DNA of 64,000 bases from Nymphaea colorata (taxonomy: Eukaryota): positions 1,550,001 through 1,614,000 of the forward strand of contig NC_045138.2 of NCBI RefSeq assembly GCF_008831285.2. Reading direction: 5' to 3'. This document shows, in pieces, positions 27,545 through 38,549 of this stretch. The notes beneath the pieces are model-generated. The model was not told where the DNA came from. It worked only from the letters and a program-made list of their open reading frames with translations, and made no database searches. Numbering within the stretch: position 1 is the first letter of the stretch; each line of letters starts with the position of its first letter. A program made the translations under genes and the position numbers.

Positions 27545-30500
27545 ATTCAAGATAGACTTCCTTTTTGAACTTATGTTCTAAAAATTAAAGTAAAAGAAGT
27601 ATCCCCCTTTTATGAATAGCAAGTCAAGGCGAGCAATTTTCAGTCTCAATGGTGTAGCATAACTAGTCTGGTGAGAGCCTGTTTCTGTTCATTTCACGTA
27701 GGAACTACTCTTCTAGGTCCACTCATGTCCTGAAGTAGTAGGCGAGGAGAAGGGGGGAGCTTCGATCCTTCGGTTGCTTCTGCCTTCAGATACACTTTCC
27801 AACCTACTCTATACCCGTCTATGTTGCCGGTTGTGATGTTCAATCGATAGTTTAGTGGCACACAAGGATACGCCATCTTGATCGTGCCAAAGTAAGAACT
27901 TCTCAATGGGATTTGAGGTAGCAAGCAGTGGTGGAGCCACTTGCTAGCTGGTGTCGGCAATTGCCTACGTCAGCCGAACAAAACTTTTATTATAGCATCT
28001 CAAGATCACATTGTCATGACTCAAAAATTACATGCTATGCCCACATGCAAGGGCAAAGCCAAAAGGGGGGTCTGCATGGGCCCTGAGACCACCTTAATTT
28101 TTTTTAATTTACATGTAAATTTTAGAAAATTTATTTTGTCTTATATAAAATTTTTGAAAAATGATATTTCAGCCTCTATCAAAATTTAAAAACTTTAATT
28201 TGGCCCCTGTGACACATTTAAGAGATTGCAATCATCTTATTTCATTTAATTTCCCCTATGGTAGTATGAAATGTCAAATCCATTTTGTCTTAAGCTAATT
28301 AGTTCCACATTATAATTTAGTTAGTTGGTTAAGGTCCATAATAAAACATTTTCCATGATATTTTCTTATGAAAATATCATTAAAAATGCATCTAGAATTG
28401 AAGCTGAGAAACAGTCTTTCAAACATATTTTCATGTTCAAATTCAAGAAACAAGAGTTTGTTCAGTTTAAGTCAACGGCATCAAAAGAAGAACTAGATGG
28501 TGGCTAAATCATTTGTAGGACAGCAGACCCCTCGACATGCATGGGCCAATATCAATATCAGGGCCCCAACCAATAGTCCCATTAGACCCAGGGTGGAGCG
28601 AAGCATAGTCATTGGGTCGGGTACCCGGCCTAACTCGGGCTCGAGAAAAAGAAATCGGGTCGGCCCTACTAAGCCCAGTTTGACTCAATAAAATTTTTTA
28701 ATATTAATTATATTGATTTTCACTTATAATATTTTATTACAATTAATTATATTTTATATGATATTTTATATTAAAAATGTATATATTTTAATTTAATCGG
28801 TCTGTGTTCGGGTTTTGGGTGTCGGGTTGGGTTCGGGTAGCTTTCTCATAGTAACGTCCTGCATAATCTGCCTAAGGTGCTAGTGGATTGGATTTTTTTC
28901 CAACTAGTGACACAAATCCCTATCTTTAGGTATCGCTAGCGATGTCCACCTGGAGATATAATCTAACGTTTGATTCATATGCAGATTTGACTGGTTGGAT
29001 TCCATAAGAAAATTCAGATCTAATTAGGAAAACTGGATGCAAGTTTGTTATCGTATTTCATACCCAATTTCAGTGGACAACTGAATCAGACTACCTGGAA
29101 AAAATTGGATATATTTGTAATCCCAAATCTGAATCTGAACTCTGATACTAATAAACAACACCAGATTACTCAATTATGCTGATGTTATATCCGATCCAAA
29201 TCTAATTAGTTGACGTCCAATGATTCTATTTCTTTATATTAGAAGTTCTCTGCATTTACTAAAAAAAATAAAAGACATTTGAATGCCGCAAAATCAGCCA
29301 CGGTTCATTTCCGTGGCGAACAAGCGAGTGGCCCCCACCATTTGAGAGATAAAAGGGAGCAAAGTTTTTCAATAGATATTCACCCACGCGCATATTTGAG
29401 CCCATAGAGAGAGAAAGAGAATCAATCCATCATTGATCGAGAGAAAGAGAGGGACAGAGGGAGGGCTTTGCTTGAACCAAGGAGTTCACAGACTTCATTT
29501 TCACGCTTCTTCTCTTCTCTTCTATTGTTCACAGCTCTCGATTGCAGGTTTCTTCTTCTCGAGTTCTCCTCTCTTCTTCGATCACAAAGGGAACTCCACG
29601 GGTGAGGGATGATATATTGGTTCCATCTAATGAGCTAGAGATTGAGCATAAGGTCTAGCTGGTTGAAGGAGGTTTAGAGTCCAATATTTGGAGTGTACCT
29701 TTTGGGCTCAATATGATGTTATACCTAGTGCCAGGTCGTCAGACCAAAAAAAAAAAGGAAAAGGTTTGGAAAATCTATAAAATAGACATCCGCAATCTAT
29801 GATGGAGTCGATATCTGGATGCAAGTAAAACTTTTGGGGATAATACAGATAAGACTGTCAATGACGTCATGTTAACAATATAAGCTCAAGTTTGAATATG
29901 ATGTAAAGGAGGCTTTAGTCTAATGTCTAAAGAATAGTTATCACAAATTATATATTGTATTCATTTCCAACTCTTTGGTTACTCCTTCTGGTTATCTGTA
30001 TGTTAGCTAGGTTTTTCACTAGATAGTTATTTGAGAAACTACTTGTTTAGGTAGTCTAGTCACTAATCTAGGGTTATGACTACCACTACAACAGCTAAAA
30101 GTAATTTCCTTTCACTTTTCCAAAAGTTTTTTTCTTTTTAAATTTAGTGACATTTTAATCTTCTATCGTCTATTCTAATTTCTAAGTATTGACAGGAGAT
30201 CTTTCCAACAGCTATTATAAAGGATGAATGAACCCTTTTAACATCATCATGGATTAGAGGAAGCCTACTCCATGATGATGACATGGGCATGACTCAAGCC
30301 CACGTCCCAATGCTGATCATGTGTTTCTATGTACATTATTATTATTATTATTTAAAATGAACTGTCACATCCACAATATCCTAAAATATCATCAAGTGGC
30401 ATCTTTTATGGATATAATTATGTTTCAAAATCTCACATTTTCTTAGAAATAATACAGCAATAGAGGCAATATTTTCTCTTTGGCATAATATAATTTATTG

Positions 30501-31127
30501 AAAAATACAACCTAAAAAGGAAAGGCATCTTCACCCCAAGGTGCAGTGACAGAGATCGCAAGGATATATAGAGGCTCAAGTAATTGCTTTGACCAATCCA
30601 AGGACATTGGGAGAGAGAGAGAGAGATACCTCATACCGTTTTCTATCATTTCTCTTATTCTTCTTTTATATGAATACTTTTTCTGTGGTTCTTTCATGCC
30701 ACTCGTCTTGTTTTTTCCCTTTAGGTTGTGTTTGATCTTGGCGATACACGCTTGGGACACGACGAGGAGATTACCGAGCGGGACACGTCCAACAACGGGG
30801 TGACATGAGGTGGCTGGACGCGGATCCGAATTTGTGAATGTGGGATGGCCCCTCCAATATTGAAAACCCAACCCGGGGTGAGAACGCACAGGTTGGGTAT
30901 TGGATCATCTTTGGGCGATCTGGGGCAGAACCCGGATCCATTTTTTGTGTATCGGTCGATTAAACCAGGTCTACTAAAAACCAGGCGAGTTTTTTTGAGC
31001 AGATTCGGTTCGACATGCCAGACTCGGTTGTCGAACTGAGTCAGTGGGCAGACAGCTTGCACACGTGAGGCCGCCTGCATCCCTCTTCCTCTCCCGCTCC
31101 TTCAAAAACCAGCGACGTGAAGGAGCT

Positions 31128-31221
31128 TGGGCCTTTCAATCGAAATTTTACCTATTAATAGGGTATTTTTGTCTTTAATTTGAAACAACAAACTGTCTGG
31201 GCCTGACAGTATATATATATA
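31128..31221 (+). promoter_or_regulatory. Putative Pol II core promoter for the hairpin (two TGGGCC site II motifs and a TATA run); duplicate at 52348-52441
   Basis: TGGGCC at ~31128 and ~31198, TATATATATATA at 31210-31221, ~170 bp before the left arm; motifs are short. Confidence 0.4.
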
Positions 31222-31391
31222 CACTGTATTATCCCACCAGTTTGGCCTTGCCCTTTTTCTAGTGATACATTATCGTAGGGCCTACGAAACCTCATGTCGG
31301 GTGCATTTACATGTATAGCTAGCTTTAAATGAGATGAAATTTTGACGCAGTACTATGTTTATAAAACTCTGGTTAAAATCATTTTCTAACA

Positions 31392-31900
31392 TGTCAATGG
31401 AGAAGCTGTCCTGTAACCATATGATGAAGATCTGATACATCGGGTAAACCTGTCATTGGAGAAGCTGTCCTGTAACCAAGTGATGAAGATGGGTTATGGA
31501 CATGCCCCGAGCTTCCATCATCACCTGACTGTGAACTGCCAGCTCTCTCCCGCTGATAAACTGAACTGCACTGACTGATATTATCGGCATCACTTGATCT
31601 GCCCCTGCCCAAATGCACTGACATCTTCTCTGAGTCATTTGTGCTAGACTGATCATGCAAATTGAAGGCAACACCATCATGATTTCGGAAAGCTGTATTC
31701 AGATTATGAGCAGCCACTCTGTCAACTTTTATCTCCTTGGATACACTGGGGATTTGAGATAGTGGGAATTTATCCAGTGTTCTTGTGGCTTTCTTTTGAG
31801 AGGCCAACCACATAGCCAAAATAGACAAAGCCAATGCTATGAATATCCCAACTGAGATACAGATCACGACCCATAATTTGAGACCAAAGAGAGCTGTCTC
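31392..31900 (-). pseudogene. Fragment of RLCK-V-type receptor kinase (At2g42960/At3g59110-like), TM and juxtamembrane only; left hairpin arm, copy A
   Basis: ETALFGLKLWVVICISVGIF...FPLSQIPSVSKEIKVDRV...HLGRGRSSDADNISQCSSVYQRERAGSSQSG...TASPMTGLPDVS; ends before the kinase domain; upstream frame broken by TAA. Confidence 0.85.
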
Positions 31901-32388
31901 TTACAAGACAATCCGAGATGCGACTCTTAAGTCTGTCTCTGTTAGTCTGTTAGTCTCTGAAAGCTGTATCTCTGTTGGGATATTCATAGTATCGGCTTTG
32001 TCTATTTTGGCATTGTGGTTGGCCTCTCAAAAGAAATCCAAAAGAACACTGGATAAATTCCCTCTCTCTCAAATCCCCAGTGTTTCCAAGGAGATAAAAG
32101 TTGACAGAGTGGCTGCTCATAATCTGAATACAGCTTTCCGAAATCATGATGGTGTTGCCTTCAATTTGCATGATCAGTCTAGCACAAAAGACTCAGAGAA
32201 GATGTCAGTGCATTTGGGCAGGAGCAGATCAAGTGATGCCGATAATCTCAGTCAGTGCAGTTCATCAGCTGGAGAGAGCTGGCAGTTCACAGTCAGGTGA
32301 TGATGGAAGCTCGGGGCATGTCCATAGTCCATCTTCATCACATGGTTACAGGACAGCTTCTCCATTGACAGGCTTACCCGAAGTATCA
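31433..32388. ncRNA. Candidate long hairpin RNA (hp-siRNA/proto-miRNA) locus, copy A
   Basis: Arms 31433-31862 and 31964-32388 are ~95% complementary, loop 101 nt, ~104-bp perfect stem (31638-31741 with 32085-32188). Transcription is inferred, not shown. Confidence 0.6.
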
Positions 32389-32400
32389 CATCACATGGTT
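31964..32400 (+). pseudogene. Inverted second copy of the same RLCK-V fragment; right hairpin arm, copy A
   Basis: CISVGIFIVSALSILALWL...SQCSS, then a 5-nt deletion frameshift, then ERAGSSQSG...TASPLTGLPEVSH. Confidence 0.85.
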
Positions 32401-33346
32401 TAAATTTTTCTTACATATTTTGTTTTTTGGTGGTTATTCTATAATAATTCCATGATTGGGAAATGAACCTTTTAAAATACACCAACTAAAGATCCCTGAT
32501 GATCTCATGGAATGTTGTTTTGGATCTGGGCATGCATTTTAACATATTGGATCTCTAACTAAAGAACGCCATTTAAACCGACTCCACACCTGGTTTCACC
32601 TTTATATCATCAAAAGAATCGGACTAACCTATGGTCAATTCATCAAACGGTTATTACGATATTATGCATGGATTTGTTTGAATCTGTGTTCTACTAGCCA
32701 TTATGGCATCTGACTAATTGGACATTGGTGAAACAAATCCAAAACCCGGCTAAGATTCACATAGAAAAATGCTTAAAAACTAAACCAGGTTACTCATACG
32801 TACGTGAAAGGCTGATTATTAATCAAGGCTGATTATTAATCAGACCCTGGATTTCTGAAATATCCAAACATAAATTTGTATTTGATATCTGAATCAATTC
32901 CTAATAGTCTATATATATTCGTATTTGGCGGTAAATGTTGCTTTCAAATTTCCAATCACCCTAAAAACTATGGGAATTTTGTTTTTCGAGCTTATGTTTT
33001 TCTTATAATTGCAATCACACTTCATAAAACACTGCCAAATAACGGTACAAAGTAAAAACCAGTTGAACCAAAAAAAAAAATCGATGGATCAATGGGTTTT
33101 TAAAGTGCTTAAAATCCTGTTTGTTTGAACAGAAATGAAATTCCAAAGACGGATTTGAGTCTAGAACCAGAGGCTGGCGAAGAAGATCAGGATGGAGACG
33201 ACTCCGAATCTAAGGCTATTGACGGATCTCAAGAACGGATCTGAGATCTGCAGCTTTTCATGGATTTAAGGTCAGACCCCACCCTGCAATCCGACCATAA
33301 ATCCATGGTTTTTTAACACATAGCATGAATTTTAAAAAGTGATCAA

Positions 33347-33531
33347 GGTTGTGTTTGTTTCAACAGGGATCTGAGATCCGTAACGCTCCATGGATTTAAG
33401 ATCAGAACTTGATCCATAATTGTTTAACATGCAGCATGAATTTTGAAAGCCAAGCTAATGAACTGAAGATCTCTGAAAACGTACTCATTTTTATATAGCC
33501 TTAGGTTTAAGATCTGAGACTAAACGCAACC
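33347..33531. mobile_element. Tourist-like MITE
   Basis: Termini ggttgtgttt...aaacgcaacc with internal gatctgaga motifs. Confidence 0.45.
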
Positions 33532-33958
33532 CACATGAAATAGGCCACTGAATGTGTCATTGAAAGGGAAGTAAGTGGTTAGGGTTGGGATTTAATCTAC
33601 TGATCACAATTTTTGAATTAATCAGATATTTCTTAATTGAATCCGTGCTTGGGCTCAGAACTGGAGTTGAATTTTTGAAGCCGAACCCGAATCTGTCAAT
33701 GATAAGACAACAGGTTCAGATCCGCATTCACTGAGTTATTGATCACATCGGTCATACAAACTCTACAATTAATGAATCGAATTAGGATCCAAATCAGTTT
33801 CTCTTACGGGATGCTACTAAATGGATGTGGTTTTGGACTGAAATAGGATCTTATCCACCCATTAAGATCCTAGTCAAGAAGTAATAATTTTTTTTGCTAG
33901 CAATGCTACAACTCATTTACGAAAAAGTTCTGAAGCCCTGATCCCCTTTCCCTTGTCA

Positions 33959-34144
33959 ATATGGTCAGTAGCGGAGATGGGTGCAGGCTGGTGTAAGTAA
34001 TTGCCAACGCCAACCAACACATATGGTCAGTAGCAGAGCTGGGTGCAGGCTGGTGTAAGTAATTGCCAACGCCAACCAACACATATGGTCAGTAGCGGAG
34101 CTGGGTGCAGGCTGGTGTAACTAATTGCCAACGCCAACCAACAC
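33959..34144. repeat. 62-bp tandem repeat, 3 units (2 units in copy B, 55164-55287)
   Basis: atatggtcagtagcggagctgggtgcaggctggtgtaagtaattgccaacgccaaccaacac starts at 33959, 34021 and 34083. Confidence 0.95.
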
Positions 34145-34437
34145 AAGTTCTTGAAAAAGTTTACTACGAGGTAGTTGGATGTAATGTCCACTCTAGACTC
34201 ACGTCAATGCCCCATAAGCACCAAACCTTCTAAAGTTAGTGCCCATTTAATAAAATTTTTCTGCTCTGCCACTTTATATGGTTTAAGGCCGCTTTAAAGT
34301 TTGTGTGAACCCATGGTATACCCATCAATTAGAGGATCGTATTGTCATTGTTTGCTGTTGAGCTACGTAACAACCATAGAAATAAAATTGATGATCCAAC
34401 TCTTGCCAACCGCCAGCCCGACTAACTACACTACTAC

Positions 34438-34620
34438 CAGTGGCGGTGCTACTTGTAGGCTGGTGTGGGCAATTGCCCGCATCAGCCAAACAAAAATCTT
34501 ATTATAGCGTATCAAGATCACATTGTCATGACTCACAAATTACATGTTATGCGGACACCAAACTTGTGTTGCCAACTCAAGTGTCCCTTAGCGAAAAAAT
34601 TCTGGCTCTGCTGCTGACTG
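34438..34620. mobile_element. MITE of the CAGTGGCGGAGC-terminus family; relatives at ~27926, ~33966-34273 and 35369-35480
   Basis: cagtggcgg.gc left end; the 35369 copy ends gctccgccacta, a clear TIR pair; 34438 and 27926 share internal sequence. Confidence 0.6.
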
Positions 34621-37600
34621 CAACATATTTGATCTTCAAAGTTCACAAAGGTTATCCACACCAAAAACATAAGCCGTCAAACAATCTTAGTTTGTGATAT
34701 CATATTCATTGTTCGCGACAAAGTTTCAACCTTTTTCTAGCAAATAAACTGGTACGGATCTGCCTAACTCCAACCGAAAAAATAAAATTAAATTAAGAAT
34801 GTCAATGTTGATATGCCACCAAGAATAGATCCAAGAAGTCTAAATTAAGTTTTTTTAGGACATTTTGTCAATATTGATCTAAAATTTTCTTAGACCAAGA
34901 AAGAGGAAGTTTGTTCAAATAAAAATATTTCAAAAAGAAAAGAGAAAAAAGTATTATTCTACCAGCGGCTTTTGAGATTTTTTTAACGTATCTGAAAGCG
35001 TGTGGAATTGGGTATTCATCCACCGGATTCAAACTTTTGTATATAACATATCCCCATATAGAGGTCTGGCAATTGGGAATTGTAAATGATAAGAATTGGT
35101 AAGAAGGGCTTTGTCATTTTTTATTGTACTGGATCAGCTTTAGACCGGACGACCGGTTCATGCGGTGCACGTCCAGCCGTTCCCGTTGAATGGAATATAT
35201 GATAACCACTAGGTCTGTCCTTTTATCATGAATGAACACCATTTGGTTGGTGGATTGCTGGTCTTAACTTCTGTGAGACCTAAAAGTGATTAATTATGTA
35301 TGAGAAGTTGATGTCTTGACCAATGAACATAAGAAGGCTTTTTTTTGTGAGAATATTTTGGATAATGCCAGTGGCGGAGCTATATGATGATTGGTTTGGG
35401 CAGTTGCCCACACTAGTCTCTTTAAAATTTGTTTATTTTTAAATGGGCATTTCCACCCAACTTTTCTGGCTCCGCCACTAGAGAAAGGTATGCCGTGGCC
35501 GGAAACAGACTGGTATCGAGCAGCTCAGCAATTGACTTGGTTCAGTTAGCTCGTTCGCATACATGGTGTTCAGATCAGGCTGGATCTTGTACGTATTCAT
35601 GTCACCTGTGACATTTCTTGTTTAACTTGTTCACTCATTTAACTAATTCAAGCTATGCTGAAGCGGTTTTCTGTAGTCAAACTGAGTTGAGTTCAAATAG
35701 GTCAAGTTCTTACAACTTGAACTCAACTCAGTTAAAATTTCAAGTTATCAAGTTGTGTTTTTTCATGCATGTTCAAGTTTGGCTCGTTGTGCAGAAAGAA
35801 AGTTATGTGAGCCTGGGTGCACCATGCACAGTAAAGGAGGGGAGGACATTTTGGTAATTTATTAAAAAGTCCTCCATAGTCCTTTTACTTTGTTCATTTT
35901 CAATTTTGACTTTTACAAAAAGTTTTCTTTTTCAGTTTTTTCAGTTTGAACTCAGGATATTTTAGTCATTAACAACACGGGCACACGAAAAATAGTGCAC
36001 TAGTATGACCCATATAACCAGGTTCTGGGTCAGTCAAGACTGGGATATGGTTGAAGCAGTAAGAGGCATGTTTCCCACGGTGAGATAAGCACCACAAGTG
36101 ATGCCTTAATTATATGTCTGCATTCTAACAAGTTACCTGCAGAGATAAAGGCCATGTCCCTGTGTGATTCTTGTCCTGTCAAACACTTCGTTCCCATTTT
36201 AGGCACCTTTGGCAATTTATCACAATGAGAAATCATGATTTTAAAGTTAACATGTCTGATTTTTTAGGTTGAAGAATGGTTGCCGTGCAAAAAAACTGTT
36301 CGTGGCTTTTCTTGTTGTTTTTTGCCAGATTCCTGCGACATCCATCCTTCTCCATCTGAGCTAACAGAGAAGGAGAGAGAGTGATCAAGATCAAAAGAGA
36401 GATGAAGATTGGCTTGGTTTCATTAGAGAGAGAAGAGAGGAGTGGGGGAGAATACATGGTTTAATCCTTTTCTCTTTTTTTTTTTTCCGTCCGGCGAAAT
36501 GCCCATTGCATGATTAGATGATGTTTTTAATCACATCTAAGCAGTCATGAATTAGTATTGGCCACGGTTTTTAGCTACAGAATGCAGGTATTAGAAACAA
36601 AAGAAACCAAACGGAAAGCGAAGGTCAATTCTACTTGCTTTGTTTGCAGAACAACAAAACAGAGAACTCATACCACGGAAAATATTATGCAGTCAACGGA
36701 GATCATAACGCAGCAGATTCCAGAAACAGTACAGAACCGAAATTCTTGTAGCCTAAGAAAAGCCTCTACAACTATAAAAAAGATGTACCTTGATTTTGCA
36801 GCAACCGACCTTGATCAATAAAATCTGAGGGGAAAACAACACAAAGAAGAAGCAAGGATCAGATAACCCACCAGGAACATGCCTAGTTATAATACTATTA
36901 GACACTAAAAATTTACCACTTGAAAGAAAGCGTGAAAATTATAAGTCTAGTAGTCATAATAATTCAAGTAATATACAAAATTAGAAGCACGCAGAAAAAG
37001 AGAGAGCACCCCCCTGCAAATGTATTTGTCAGCGAAAGCCAAAAAACCCCATACCTTTTACCATGATTTTCCTAAAATGTAACAAGAAAAGAGCCAGGAT
37101 ACAAAGAATCATCGAATGGGCTTCTTCCCAAGGAAACAAAGACCAGGAAGGAATTCCTACCAATTTAGCAGAACATGCGAGCTTGGAAACAAAAAAGTAA
37201 AGTGAAGCAGAGGCCAAGTCTAGTGACTTTATGAATAAAATAGACCACTTGCAAAGAACCAATCTCATGGCAAAAGCAGCCTAAACAAAGAGACAAAGCC
37301 AAGCAAATGTAATTAAAGAAAAACAATAAAAAATGAAAGACAAAAGGAAAGCAAAGGACAGATGGAAAATTTCCCTCATGCATACACAAACGAATATGCC
37401 CCAAACAGGATCATGTTCATGCTAAATTATTGAATCCAAACCTTAATTGTAACGGAAGCGTACCTGAATCCATTTGAAGGGCACAAACGGTAGATCGCAA
37501 TAGGATCTTCCAGGGTTTGTGCGGCGCACGTGCAGTCGCTCTCAGATGGGGAAGACAACCCTAGAAACCAATGTTTCTGGTAACCATTTGCACGATCACA

Positions 37601-38481
37601 GGGACTACCATTTTATATTATGGGCAATTATGGATTCAACCCATCAAAGAGTCCGTAATTGCGTATAGGTATTTATACATTACAAAATTACCCCATACCA
37701 TATAAAATGACGTCATATCCCAAAACGCAATCACTTAAGCAAATATTTACATTAAAACAGCCACAATGTCTGAAATTTCTCATAGACATATGCCGGCCCA
37801 CCAAATGGTCCTTACAATCTCCCACATTGGCCAAATATGTCTTTATACATTCAGACATTACATAAAACCTTAGGAGCTCATAACTGCTATCTTATTAAAC
37901 ATCATTTTCACCAATCTCGTGCATGATCATATCAACACAGAACCAAAGCGACTTTAGCTATATAAAAATTAGTTAAACGTTCAATGATCACAAATGTTAG
38001 CACAATAAAAAATCTTATGGAGATCAAAAACATAAACACAGAATGGAACCAAAGAACTTTAAACTGTATTGTGCAGAAAACTTAATATGTATTCATGCAA
38101 ACAAAAAACAAACTCTCACTAAACCAGCACATTATCCAAGGATAACACCACCATATGAACAACATGTTCGTAAAAGACTTTAGGTGTTAAACCCTTAGTA
38201 AATGGAACCGCAATCATAGAGTTTGTCCTAATATGCTCTAAAGACACTTGATCATTCTGTATCATCTCTTTAATAGCCAAAAACTTAATGTCGATGTGCT
38301 TCGACTTTGACAAACTGCGGCTGTTATTAGAGTATATGACTACTGAATTATTGTCACACAATAACTTTAGTGGTCTTTCTACATCATTTACAATACGCAG
38401 CCCCGTCACAAAATTCCGTAACCACAAAGCATGATTGGATATCTCGTAACATGCTATGAATTTCGATGTCATGGTTGAAGG

Positions 38482-38549
38482 GGATCTTATTAACCAAAGA
38501 AATACGACTTTGCGCTATGGTGAGTTCAGCACCAATCAGGAATCCCCAA
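38482..38549 (-). other. rpoC2: 68-bp plastid-derived insertion (rpoC2 fragment); duplicate at 41164-41231
   Basis: Encodes [22 protein letters not shown], as recalled from plastid RpoC2 ([28 protein letters not shown]); interrupts copia KQTLVA|PSTM. Confidence 0.85.

Larger units (their letters stand above)
23026..35766 (+). repeat. Segmental tandem duplication, copy A
   Basis: Collinear with 43535-57193; offset 21220 in the core (e.g. ORFs at 30512/51732 and 31394/52614). Confidence 0.97.

Noticed and set aside
30512..31080. ORFs identical in both duplicate copies as conserved proteins
   Set aside because: Identity reflects the near-identical DNA tract; they overlap on both strands and lack domains.
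31394..32300. 157-aa and 153-aa ORFs as functional divergent RLK genes
   Set aside because: No kinase exons follow, the N-terminus is broken or borrowed from the antisense arm, and the right arm is frameshifted.
33959..34144. CRISPR-like array
   Set aside because: Units are contiguous with no unique spacers, no cas genes are present, and the context is eukaryotic; it is an amplified MITE end.
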